Assembly (NCBI GenBank): GCA_947449695.1
Contig: CANFST010000012.1
Coordinates: 6,460-70,459 of the forward strand
Reading direction: 5' to 3'
Length of the DNA stretch: 64,000 nucleotides
Origin: Chitinophagales bacterium
GTDB lineage: Bacteria; Bacteroidota; Bacteroidia; Chitinophagales; CAIODY01
The translations under genes and the position numbers were made by a program. Below the pieces are notes generated by a model. That model searched no databases. It was not told the DNA's origin and was given only the letters and a program-made list of their open reading frames with translations. Positions 54,446 to 63,800 of the stretch are shown here, one piece after another (positions within the stretch are counted from its first letter, which is position 1; every line of letters starts with the position of its first letter).

Positions 54446-57136
54446 ATGAAAAAGATTATCTGTGTACTGTTTTTGTTTTTATGTATAGCGCATCAATCAT
54501 GGGCTACACATAATCGTGCTGGTGAAATTACCTATAGGCATATTATCAATAATACTTACGAAGTAACTATAACGACTTATACCAAAGTGCCTACTTTTGC
54601 ATTACGACCTTCTTTGCCAATTAGTTGGGGGGATGGAACTAGCAGTGTTATTTTGAAACACGATTCTACAAAGATTTGTGATTCTATCATTCTAAGTCAT
54701 TATATCAGTCAACATACTTATCCGGGACCTGGTCAGTTTTTATTGTGTATGACTGATCCGAATCGTATTGCATCTATTTGTAATATTTCTAATTCAGTTG
54801 ATATTCCTTTTAGTATTGAAACAGAAATTGATGTACCCGACCCACAGTTTTTGCCTTATAACAACAGCATTGTTTTTTTAAATTCGCCTATCACATTTGC
54901 TCATACTGGCGTAACTTATAGATATAATGCTAACGCATTTGATATTGATGGTGATAGCCTGTCGTTTAAATTAGAAATACCTCATTATGGTTGTGATTCG
55001 GCACTGCCTTCTGCCTTATATTCTTATCCAGCCGGACTGACTTTGGACAGTAAAACAGGTGAAATTAATTGGTCCCCAACGCAATGTTGTGTTTACAATA
55101 TTGCTTTTTATGTATATGAATATCGTAGATTATTAAATGGTCATATTGTGAAACTTGGCAGAACAATGAGAGATATGCAAATCATTGTAACCTGCACACC
55201 TGATAATCCGCCAGTGATCGCTAATTTATTGGATAAATGTGCCTGGGCAGGCGATAACATTGTTCAAAATGTGCATGCCACTGACCCTGATTTAGGTCAG
55301 GTAATTAGGCTGACAGCCAATGGGGCACCTTTCAGTAATGCGGTTGTAAATCCAGCTACATTTAGCACCACTGCACCAAGTTTAAATGTAACAGGTACTT
55401 TTAGCTGGCAAACTGATTGCAACGACTTGCGTCCACAATTTTATCAAGTGGTTTTTAAAGCTGTTGATTCAATATCTGGTGATGGCAGTTGCAGTAATTA
55501 TTCATTGAATGATAATTTAACCTGGAAAATATTTTTGATTGCACCACCACCACAAAATGTAACTGCTAATCAGATTCAGAATCATATAAGAGTAGCCTGG
55601 CATAATCCTTATACATGTGCTACGACACCAACTTTTAATTCATTTTCTGTATGGAGAAAAATTGGCTGTGATAGTTTGTTGATTGATTCATGCGAACAAG
55701 GTTTGAATGGTACTAATTATACTCTTATTGCCAACAACATTACTAATTATTTTTATGATGATTTTAATGTAGTAAGAGGTGAAACCTATAGCTACAGAAT
55801 TGTTGCAGAATTTAACGAATATTCGCCCAGTCATCAACCTTATAATCCTTTTAGTAGTGCACCTTCGGAGCAGGCTTGTGTATTGATGAAACAAGATGTA
55901 CCTGTATTAATTAATGTGAGTGTGATTACTACCAATACCGCATCAGGCACTAATTATATCCGATGGTTAAAACCTTATTTCTCTGATTTGGATACTCTGC
56001 TTCATCCACCAACTTATAAATTTGAATTGTACGAAGGCTCAGCTACAAACAATATTACCAATTTAATTTCAACAAAAATATTTAATGCATTTTATCAAAT
56101 CAATCAGGCTACTGATACTTCTTATTTCCAAAATAATATTGATACAAAAAATGCTCAACATTTTTATCAGGTAAAATTTTATTCCAACAATTTAACTGAT
56201 ACAGTTGGCACCAGCAATCCTGCTTCATCCATCTTTCTTAAAGCCTTTGGCGGCAATAAAAAAGTAACTTTAAAATGGAATGAAAACGTGCCTTGGGTAA
56301 ATGATTCATTCAGTGTTTTCAGATTAAATAAAGTCACTGCCTTGTACGATTCAGTTGGTATTACTGATAGTCATACTTATACCGATTGGCATTTAATCAA
56401 CGATTCTACTTATTGTTATTATGTAAAAAGCAAAGGTCATTTTGCATCGCCACATATCACTGCGCCTAATTTTAATTTATCACAACAGGTTTGTGCTATT
56501 GCTATTGATACCACACCTCCATGCGCAACATTATTAACTATTCACAACGATTGCGAAAATGCTTCTTCGCCTGCTGCAAATGATAATTTAGTCAATCATT
56601 TATCTTGGCTTAACCCCGATGCGCTCTGCAATATTGATGATGTAAAAAAATATTATATCTATTATGCACCTACCGACTCATTGGTATTACATAAAATTGA
56701 CAGCATTGCGCCAGCTACAAATATCAGTTACACTCATTCTTACAATGGCTCAGTAGCCGGTTGTTATTATATCACTTCTATTGATTCATCGGGTAATGAA
56801 AGCGCACCAAGCAATGTGGTATGCATGGATAATTGTCCTGTGTATGTATTGCCTAATACTTTTACACCTAATGGCGATGGGCACAACGATTTATTTCATC
56901 CTTTTTTACCTTTCAGATTTATTGACCATATTGATATAAAAGTATTCAACCGATGGGGTGATAAAGTTTTTGCTACTACTAATCCTATGGTAAACTGGGA
57001 TGGCACCGACCAGCAAAGCCATCAGCAATTATCCACTGGCACTTATTACTATGTATGTGAAGTGTTTGAATTAAGAGTAAGTGGTATAGTGAAAGTAAAT
57101 AAACCACTAACAGGATTTATTGAATTGAGCCGGTAA
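54446..57136 (+). CDS. Large secreted protein with T9SS type B sorting domain (gliding-motility-associated C-terminal domain)
   Basis: Signal peptide. N-terminal THNRAGEITY motif. C-terminal VLPNTFTPNGDGHNDLFHPF...IKVFNRWGDKVF...WDGTDQ...LSTGTYYYV. Confidence 0.82.
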   Translation: MKKIICVLFLFLCIAHQSWATHNRAGEITYRHIINNTYEVTITTYTKVPTFALRPSLPISWGDGTSSVILKHDSTKICDSIILSHYISQHTYPGPGQFLLCMTDPNRIASICNISNSVDIPFSIETEIDVPDPQFLPYNNSIVFLNSPITFAHTGVTYRYNANAFDIDGDSLSFKLEIPHYGCDSALPSALYSYPAGLTLDSKTGEINWSPTQCCVYNIAFYVYEYRRLLNGHIVKLGRTMRDMQIIVTCTPDNPPVIANLLDKCAWAGDNIVQNVHATDPDLGQVIRLTANGAPFSNAVVNPATFSTTAPSLNVTGTFSWQTDCNDLRPQFYQVVFKAVDSISGDGSCSNYSLNDNLTWKIFLIAPPPQNVTANQIQNHIRVAWHNPYTCATTPTFNSFSVWRKIGCDSLLIDSCEQGLNGTNYTLIANNITNYFYDDFNVVRGETYSYRIVAEFNEYSPSHQPYNPFSSAPSEQACVLMKQDVPVLINVSVITTNTASGTNYIRWLKPYFSDLDTLLHPPTYKFELYEGSATNNITNLISTKIFNAFYQINQATDTSYFQNNIDTKNAQHFYQVKFYSNNLTDTVGTSNPASSIFLKAFGGNKKVTLKWNENVPWVNDSFSVFRLNKVTALYDSVGITDSHTYTDWHLINDSTYCYYVKSKGHFASPHITAPNFNLSQQVCAIAIDTTPPCATLLTIHNDCENASSPAANDNLVNHLSWLNPDALCNIDDVKKYYIYYAPTDSLVLHKIDSIAPATNISYTHSYNGSVAGCYYITSIDSSGNESAPSNVVCMDNCPVYVLPNTFTPNGDGHNDLFHPFLPFRFIDHIDIKVFNRWGDKVFATTNPMVNWDGTDQQSHQQLSTGTYYYVCEVFELRVSGIVKVNKPLTGFIELSR

Positions 57137-57144
57137 TCATTTTT

Positions 57145-57279
57145 ATTCCTTCACAAACTTAGCCGTATGCTGAAAAACTTTTTCATCGGTGGCTTTGGGT
57201 AAATAGTTGCCGCTTGATAAGCCGTTGATATTAATATTGATTTTTTGATTGATTGAATAAAACGTACCCAACTTACATT
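57145..57279 (-). pseudogene. Relic of a T9SS type A C-terminal sorting domain (44 codons, no upstream gene body)
   Basis: The minus-strand frame reads CKLGTFYSINQKINININGLSSGNYLPKATDEKVFQHTAKFVKE-stop. This follows the N-x-x-GL-x-SG-x-Y...KF-x-K-E pattern of Por_Secre_tail ends. An in-frame TAA lies immediately upstream, and there is no ORF of 60 aa or more. Confidence 0.45.
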
Positions 57280-57514
57280 AGTTACTTCTATTTTTGTGAT
57301 TCTTAATTCTCATTTTTAATAACTAACTTTTTATAGGTTCTTAAGTTGTAGATATTACTTTTATAAATATAAATTCTATAAGCTTCGCAAGTGGCAAACA
57401 CCCAAAACTGTTAAATATTTATTCTTCCATTAAGCTGGAAATCATTTCCAATCTGCCTGAACTCTTTTCATGTCAGCACAAAATCAATTTAAGCCGAATG
57501 ATTATTTTCATTAG

Positions 57515-60500
57515 TTATCTCAACAAAATCAAATCACCTTTTTGATTGGTTATAGAATTATTGCCGCCGCATTTTGAAGTCAGTCTGTACATATAAGTAC
57601 CAATCGGAGCAGGCTTACCATTGTATTCGCCATCCCAGCCTTTGCTGTTTTTATCATCGGTAGCAAACACTTTGTTGCCCCATCTGTCAAATATTTCAAA
57701 TGCAATAATCTGATACACATCGTTGGGGTTCATAATCATATAATAATCATCTTTACCATCGCCTTGCGGTGTAAATGCATTGGGCAATCGCAATGGCGAA
57801 CATGGATTTACATCAATCAATACATAAGCTGTATCAACACAGCCGGTAACGGAGTTGGTATAAATTAACTGATAATTGGTGCTGTTAGATGGGGTTGCAA
57901 TAGGTTGGCTGCTGTTAGGATTATTCAAGCTATAGGCAGGGTTCCAGCTATACACATCGCCACCACTTGAATTGTCGCCATAAATAGTAACGCTATTGCC
58001 CATATAAATAGATTGTGCAGAATCGGCCACAGCCACAGGTTTAGGATTTACTATTAAATGCATTGAGGTGGTATCCCAACAACCGGCAAAGTTTTCAACC
58101 TGCACATAATAGTAGCCTGGCGCTGAAACAATGATGGAATCAGTTGTGGCATTATTGCTCCATAAATATTTTTTTAACCCTTGAGGTGTAGCATAAAACA
58201 AAGTGTGCTGACCTTGACAAATAATATTGATACCTTTTATTTCGGCTTTAGGATGGTTCATTACCATCACTGGCAAACTGAATGGTAAACTCTTACAGCC
58301 ATTTTGTGTAATGGATAAAGTGGGGTTGTAAATCAAAGCTGTACTGCCTCCATTGGCATATATCACATGCTGGTTGCCCAATCCAAAACCCGGATTAGCA
58401 ATACCATTATTGAAATTCCATGCAGAGCTGACTGCACCACCAGCAGGATTTATTGTGCCATTAAATTTAAAAGTTGTAATTCCGTTGGGGCAAATAGTAT
58501 CAGGCGAAGCTATAAACGAAGCAACAGGAATTGGATTTATAATTAATGAATTACTATCTAATGGCGATGAGCAGCCATCTTGTGTAATGCGTAAATATAT
58601 TTTTTGCGCTTGTGAAGTATTGGTAAATATGATAGTTTTAATTGAATCTTTTGATGAATCGGCATTAGCATATATTTGTGCAGCACCATTCCAGTTCCAG
58701 TGATAATGCACCGCTCCGCCATGTGTATTAACCTGACTTAGCAAGCCATTAGCTGAATAAGCATTGCCCGAACAAATGCTATCAGGTAAAATAATTTTTG
58801 CTTTTGGAATAGGATGAATAATTACATTTTGTTGGTAGGTGTTTCCCACACAATTGCCTTGTGAAATAGATAATGAAATGTTTTTTATGGAATCCGTATG
58901 AGAATTATTTACCCAGATATATCTGTAGTCCTGATTCGAGTTAACAGCACGACCATTGCCGCCAGCCCAATTCCAATGATAAACCGGTGTTGCAGCATTA
59001 GCAGATGAAATGCTGCCGGTGAATAGAATATTTACTGAATCGCCGTTGCAAATAGAATTAGGTGACACTGTAAAATTAGAAATAGGCAAAGTAAGCATAG
59101 TGATTTTTACGGTATCTAAAATAGAACAACCTAACAAGCCAGTACCTTTTACTATAAATGAATCAGATGAATTAGCAATAGTACACGAGGTACTGCTGCA
59201 TGTATTACAAACAATAGTATTACCATGCAACGAACTCCATATATAGCTATTGGCGCCCGATGCCCATATAGTTACTGGGGTGTTAGGACAAACAGTGGTA
59301 TCGCCGCCAACAGTTAAACTGAAAGGCAATGATAAGATTACTTTTACGGTATCTGTTTCGGGGCAACTGGGTATGCTGTTTAATTGCACAACAAAAGTAT
59401 TTAAGCCCATACTGACATGGCAACTAGGTGTAGCTGTGTTTGCACCACTAATAATATTTGCTAACGGACTCCAAGCATATTGATAATTTGTACCCGTTGG
59501 CAGAAAACCAGAAGCTGTTGCTGCAAGGTGAACAGGGTTCTGACAAACTGTAGTATCATTTCCTGCATTCACTTTTAATCTGTCTTGAATAACAATGCTA
59601 ACGGTATCAGCCCAAATGCTTGAACAAGATGAGTCAGTAATAATTAAAGTAACAGTTTCATTCGGTTCATTTATATTATCCTGTAATGGAATAAGATTAA
59701 TGGTTTTTAAAGTATCACCAACATTAAAAACAACACTATCAGCAAATGGGCTATAATCTGAACCAAAAGTGGCTGTACCACCAATATTAAAATGCAGGGT
59801 TAAAGGTTGGTTGAGTAATGTTTTTCGGCGAAATTGAAATTGCCCATTCAAACATCCTTCCACTGCGTTAGGATAATTATTGCCGTTTACTGTTGCAGCC
59901 GAAACAGTAATACCAATAGATGATAAGCTTCCTGCTTCAATAAAAATTCCAGAGTCATAAACCCAGTCAATTACATCGGCTACTGCCAATTTAATATGAT
60001 AAGTGTTGCATCTGATAACAGGTGATTTGGCTTGCAATACATGAGTAAAACCATCATACTCAAGGGTAGTGCTTGAGTTTGCTGCCGGGCATTGTGCATT
60101 CGTGCAACTATTAATACCAATACTGTTTGCATCGTTACAAGTATAATAGGCTGAATTGACTGCACAATTTACATTATTAATAGATGTAGGCGACGCAGTG
60201 CCAGGTATAATGGCAATATTTTTTTTACCCACAATGCCTGGTCCTGAAATGAATAAGGCAAATACATCGTTGAAAGAATTTACAAATTCTTCATATTCCT
60301 CCGAGCCAAACACATAATTGAAAACCAAAGTATCATATTTTACAAATACATCAAACTCTAAAATACAGGCATCATGACTGGCATCAGGGTTTACAATAGT
60401 ATCTAAATCTGGATCGCCATTTGCATTAAATGAAGTTGAGGTGCTTGTTGAGCTATTTGGACCAGGAGCATCTTTTACTCTTCCGCTTGCTAAAATAATC

Positions 60501-60730
60501 CCAGATGACATTCCTAAATTTGTGCCAGTGGCTGTAAAACCACCATGAGCACCATTAGGGCAAGTCATGCTAACATTGCTAATGGTTACACCATTTCCAA
60601 CTAATGTTTGTGCTAGCTGCTGAGCGGTTAAAGTAGTATCAACTAATAATTGGGCTTGACAATTTTGGGTTCTAATTAAAAAAAATAGTAGTAGCGCTAC
60701 CGAACACTTTAATATTTTTGCGATATTCAT
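57515..60730 (-). CDS. Choice-of-anchor L domain adhesin-like protein with Calx-beta-like and Ig-like repeats and a T9SS type B sorting domain
   Basis: N-terminal LVGNGVTISNVS...GIILASG...DPDL...FNYVFGSEEYEEFV...DVFALFISGPG (choice-of-anchor L). GSDYSPFADSVVFNVGDTLKTINL (Calx-beta-like). C-terminal LPNAFTPQGDGKDDYY...FEIFDRWGNKVF...GWDGEYNGKPAPIGTYMYRL. Confidence 0.82.
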   Translation of the reverse strand: MNIAKILKCSVALLLFFLIRTQNCQAQLLVDTTLTAQQLAQTLVGNGVTISNVSMTCPNGAHGGFTATGTNLGMSSGIILASGRVKDAPGPNSSTSTSTSFNANGDPDLDTIVNPDASHDACILEFDVFVKYDTLVFNYVFGSEEYEEFVNSFNDVFALFISGPGIVGKKNIAIIPGTASPTSINNVNCAVNSAYYTCNDANSIGINSCTNAQCPAANSSTTLEYDGFTHVLQAKSPVIRCNTYHIKLAVADVIDWVYDSGIFIEAGSLSSIGITVSAATVNGNNYPNAVEGCLNGQFQFRRKTLLNQPLTLHFNIGGTATFGSDYSPFADSVVFNVGDTLKTINLIPLQDNINEPNETVTLIITDSSCSSIWADTVSIVIQDRLKVNAGNDTTVCQNPVHLAATASGFLPTGTNYQYAWSPLANIISGANTATPSCHVSMGLNTFVVQLNSIPSCPETDTVKVILSLPFSLTVGGDTTVCPNTPVTIWASGANSYIWSSLHGNTIVCNTCSSTSCTIANSSDSFIVKGTGLLGCSILDTVKITMLTLPISNFTVSPNSICNGDSVNILFTGSISSANAATPVYHWNWAGGNGRAVNSNQDYRYIWVNNSHTDSIKNISLSISQGNCVGNTYQQNVIIHPIPKAKIILPDSICSGNAYSANGLLSQVNTHGGAVHYHWNWNGAAQIYANADSSKDSIKTIIFTNTSQAQKIYLRITQDGCSSPLDSNSLIINPIPVASFIASPDTICPNGITTFKFNGTINPAGGAVSSAWNFNNGIANPGFGLGNQHVIYANGGSTALIYNPTLSITQNGCKSLPFSLPVMVMNHPKAEIKGINIICQGQHTLFYATPQGLKKYLWSNNATTDSIIVSAPGYYYVQVENFAGCWDTTSMHLIVNPKPVAVADSAQSIYMGNSVTIYGDNSSGGDVYSWNPAYSLNNPNSSQPIATPSNSTNYQLIYTNSVTGCVDTAYVLIDVNPCSPLRLPNAFTPQGDGKDDYYMIMNPNDVYQIIAFEIFDRWGNKVFATDDKNSKGWDGEYNGKPAPIGTYMYRLTSKCGGNNSITNQKGDLILLR
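58238..59086 (-). repeat. Three tandem units of about 93 aa inside the 1071-aa cargo protein
   Basis: Units begin PISNFTVSPNSICNGDS..., PIPKAKIILPDSICSGNA... and PIPVASFIASPDTICPNGI.... Each carries a conserved D-S/T-I-C, an internal W-N-W/F-N-G/N and an I-S/T-Q-x-G/N-C near its end. Confidence 0.7.
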
Positions 60731-60798
60731 TTTTCTTAAATTTTTAGTAGTTCAAATATAACATTATAATTTTATTTTGTTATACTTTAAATTTCCAA

Positions 60799-61815
60799 AT
60801 GCCACATTCATTTAAAATAGGTGATAAAGTTTTGTTGATTCATACTGGCGAAGTTGGATTAGTAAAAGATTTTGTAAATATGTATATGCTGAAAATCGAG
60901 TTGGATGATGAAATGGTTTTGCCTGTGTTTATGGATGACTTAGAGATTTTCGATGCCGAAAAAAAAGAATTAGGTGATGAACCCATCGCTGACACTAAGG
61001 AGATTATTAATGAAGTAGAACTTTATTTTACCAAACATCAGCATAATGCCATTAGTGGTTTTCATCTCTCATTCATGCCTGTTGAAATAGATGATGTTCA
61101 TTTTTTTGAGATGATTTTAGTGAATGATACCAACGATGATATTCGATTTGAAATAAAATTAAGCCTTCAAAATGAATTATACATGCATTTGCGTAATAGG
61201 CTGCAACGCAGATACATTTATCGCTTGGGCGATTTGGCAATGGATGAATTAAATGAAAATCCGACTATTGAAATCACTATAGAACATGCATCGCATCCTT
61301 TATTTCAGTTAAATAAACAATTCAAACTAAAACCTAAATCTTTTTTTCGCGATTTATCATCTACACCAATTTTAAACGAAACAGCCTACAATTATCATTT
61401 TGGGATTTTGCAGAATATTTCAGAAAAAATAAATGCACCTATCCATATTAATGCGCCGCTTGCCCAGCAGGTAGAGCGAAGGATAAAGGAGAATTATAAA
61501 AAACCAACACCCGAAAAGCATCGCCATTACTATATAGAAGATACAATTGATTTGCACATCGAAAATTTAATTGACAATCACAATGGTATGACTAATGCTG
61601 AAATTATCAATATTCAATTGCGTCATTTTCGTAAAGCATTAGAAGATGCGATGGTGCATAAATTAGCAAAATTTACAGTAGTGCATGGCATTGGCAAAGG
61701 GAAACTGAAAGCCGAAATATGGGAAATTCTTCGTCAGTATGGCGGCATAAGAAGTTTTCAAAATGAATACCATCACAAATTTGGTTTTGGCGCCACCGAA
61801 ATTTATTTCAGATAA
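60799..61815 (+). CDS. Smr (MutS2 C-terminal-like) domain protein
   Basis: C-terminal IDLHIENL...LRHFRKALEDAMVHKLAKFTVVHGIGKGKLKAEIWEIL, the Smr HGxG core. The N-terminal two thirds resemble the DUF2027-type module seen with Smr in Bacteroidota. Confidence 0.75.
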   Translation: MPHSFKIGDKVLLIHTGEVGLVKDFVNMYMLKIELDDEMVLPVFMDDLEIFDAEKKELGDEPIADTKEIINEVELYFTKHQHNAISGFHLSFMPVEIDDVHFFEMILVNDTNDDIRFEIKLSLQNELYMHLRNRLQRRYIYRLGDLAMDELNENPTIEITIEHASHPLFQLNKQFKLKPKSFFRDLSSTPILNETAYNYHFGILQNISEKINAPIHINAPLAQQVERRIKENYKKPTPEKHRHYYIEDTIDLHIENLIDNHNGMTNAEIINIQLRHFRKALEDAMVHKLAKFTVVHGIGKGKLKAEIWEILRQYGGIRSFQNEYHHKFGFGATEIYFR

Positions 61816-61849
61816 GAAAGAGTAGCATATAAATACTCAACAATAATTT

Positions 61850-61857
61850 TAATTTTG
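61850..61857 (+). promoter_or_regulatory. Candidate -7 box (TAatTTTG) for the TMTC-like gene
   Basis: TAnnTTTG match, 17 nt upstream of ATG 61875. Confidence 0.4.
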
Positions 61858-61874
61858 TTCATAGTAAATAAATA

Positions 61875-63785
61875 ATGTCAAAAAAGAAAAAAATAATTCT
61901 GCCACCATCACCTATTGTTGAAGAAAAATCAATCAACCATTCAATTGGTTTTTCATTAAATAAATGGATGATGGTTATATTGGCTGCAGTAAGTTTTGGT
62001 TTATATGCTAATACTTTTTTCAACGATTATTGCTTGGATGATGCAATGATGATTACTCAAAACTCAATTACAAAAAGAGGTTTTGAAGGCATAAGCGAAC
62101 ATATTAATAATGATTATTTATATGGCTTTCGGAATAGTGACAGCCATGATGCTGCCAGTAGTCGTTGGCGCCCACTTTCTCTTATTTCATTTAGCATTGA
62201 AATAGGAGTATGGGGCAATAATCATCCGCATCGAAGCCATATTATTAATGTTCTGATATTCGTCATCATTGTTATTTTAATATTTTTGTTTTTAGAAAAA
62301 TTTATTCTTAAAAACAGCTGGCTTGCTTTTTTTTCAGCATTACTTTTTGCTATACATCCAGTGCATACCGAGGTAGTAGCTAATATCAAAGGTCGCGATG
62401 AATTACTTTGTTTGTGTCTTGTTTTAAGTTGCTTGTATTTGTTTTGGAAATTTATTGAAACAGAAAAGGCATGGGCAATGTTTCTTTCGATGTTGCTGTT
62501 TTTTTTATCACTAACTGCAAAAGAAAATGGCATCACACTTTTAGCTGGCGTGCCTGTGATGATTTATTTTTTTCGTAAAAAAAATCTAAAACAAACTTTG
62601 TTGTATTGTATTCCATTTTTTATCACCACTATATTGTATTTGTTTATACGCAATACCATTGTGCCTTTCGCTGCAGCTGAACAAAGTAAGGAAATTATGA
62701 ATAATCCATTTTTATTAATGACTTCTACTGAAAAGTTAGCTACTAAGATTTTTATTTTGTTGTTGTATTTAAAATTATTGGTTTTTCCTTATCCACTTAG
62801 CTATGATTATTCTTTCAACCAGATTCAACCACATTCATTTTCCAATATTTCAACAATAGCTTCCTTGACTTTGCTTGTAGCGCTTGCCATTATTGCTTTT
62901 CGAGGCATTGCTAAAAAAAATATTTTTTCATTTTGCATTATTTTATTTTTTATTACGTTTAGTGTCAGCACCAATTTAATCGTTGAAATAGGAATGACAT
63001 TGGGCGAACGGCTTTTATTTTTCCCATCATTATTTTTTTGTGTGGCAATGATTTTTTTAGTCCAATGGTGTTTAGAAAAAATTGAAAAATCATTTTCGAT
63101 TCACAGAAAATATTTGGTAGTCATATTCTTTGTGCCAGTATTTTTAATTTGTTCAATAGAGATATTCGCCCGTAATCAAGATTGGAAAAATGATAATACT
63201 CTGAATCTATCAGATATTCACAAATCAGGTAATAGCGCAAGAGTAAATAATGGAACTGGTTCTACTTACATTTTATTAAGCGATACTAAAAAATCTAATA
63301 TTCATCTTCGCGATAGTTTATTGGCATTAGCAATAAATTTTTATCGTCATGCCATTCAAATTCATCCTTCTTATGATGATGCTTATTTTAACATGGGTGT
63401 GGCTTATAGCCGAATGGACAGCACTGAACGAGCTGAACAATTATGGAACAAAGTTCGTGTGTTATCACCAACGCATCCCAAATTATTAGAATATGATAAA
63501 GTTTTAGTTGAGCAATTTTATAAAAAAGGGATGGCATGTGGTAGCAGAAAATCAATTGATTCAGCCATCATTTTCCTCAATCATTCCAGTCAATATTTAC
63601 ATCAAGTTGATTCATTGTATTTAGAGTGTTGGTATAATATTGGCGGTGCAAATTTCACTGCCCAGCATTATAACAAAGCCGTCGAAGCATTTGAGAAAGT
63701 AATTAAAATTAGCCCGAATTATCGGGATGCAAATAATGGCTATATGGCAAGTAAAAATAAATTAGCAGCAGAAAAATTGAAATAA
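61875..63785 (+). CDS. TMTC-like protein: polytopic GT-C-type membrane domain (DUF1736-like) fused to C-terminal TPR repeats
   Basis: FNDYCLDDAMMITQN, SRWRPLSLISFSIE and HPVHTEVVANIKGRDELL resemble TMTC/DUF1736 motifs. C-terminal TPRs are AYFNMGVAYSRMDSTERAEQLW and WYNIGGANFTAQHYNKAVEAFEKVIKISPNY. Confidence 0.65.
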   Translation: MSKKKKIILPPSPIVEEKSINHSIGFSLNKWMMVILAAVSFGLYANTFFNDYCLDDAMMITQNSITKRGFEGISEHINNDYLYGFRNSDSHDAASSRWRPLSLISFSIEIGVWGNNHPHRSHIINVLIFVIIVILIFLFLEKFILKNSWLAFFSALLFAIHPVHTEVVANIKGRDELLCLCLVLSCLYLFWKFIETEKAWAMFLSMLLFFLSLTAKENGITLLAGVPVMIYFFRKKNLKQTLLYCIPFFITTILYLFIRNTIVPFAAAEQSKEIMNNPFLLMTSTEKLATKIFILLLYLKLLVFPYPLSYDYSFNQIQPHSFSNISTIASLTLLVALAIIAFRGIAKKNIFSFCIILFFITFSVSTNLIVEIGMTLGERLLFFPSLFFCVAMIFLVQWCLEKIEKSFSIHRKYLVVIFFVPVFLICSIEIFARNQDWKNDNTLNLSDIHKSGNSARVNNGTGSTYILLSDTKKSNIHLRDSLLALAINFYRHAIQIHPSYDDAYFNMGVAYSRMDSTERAEQLWNKVRVLSPTHPKLLEYDKVLVEQFYKKGMACGSRKSIDSAIIFLNHSSQYLHQVDSLYLECWYNIGGANFTAQHYNKAVEAFEKVIKISPNYRDANNGYMASKNKLAAEKLK

Positions 63786-63800
63786 TTTTAATCAAATTTG

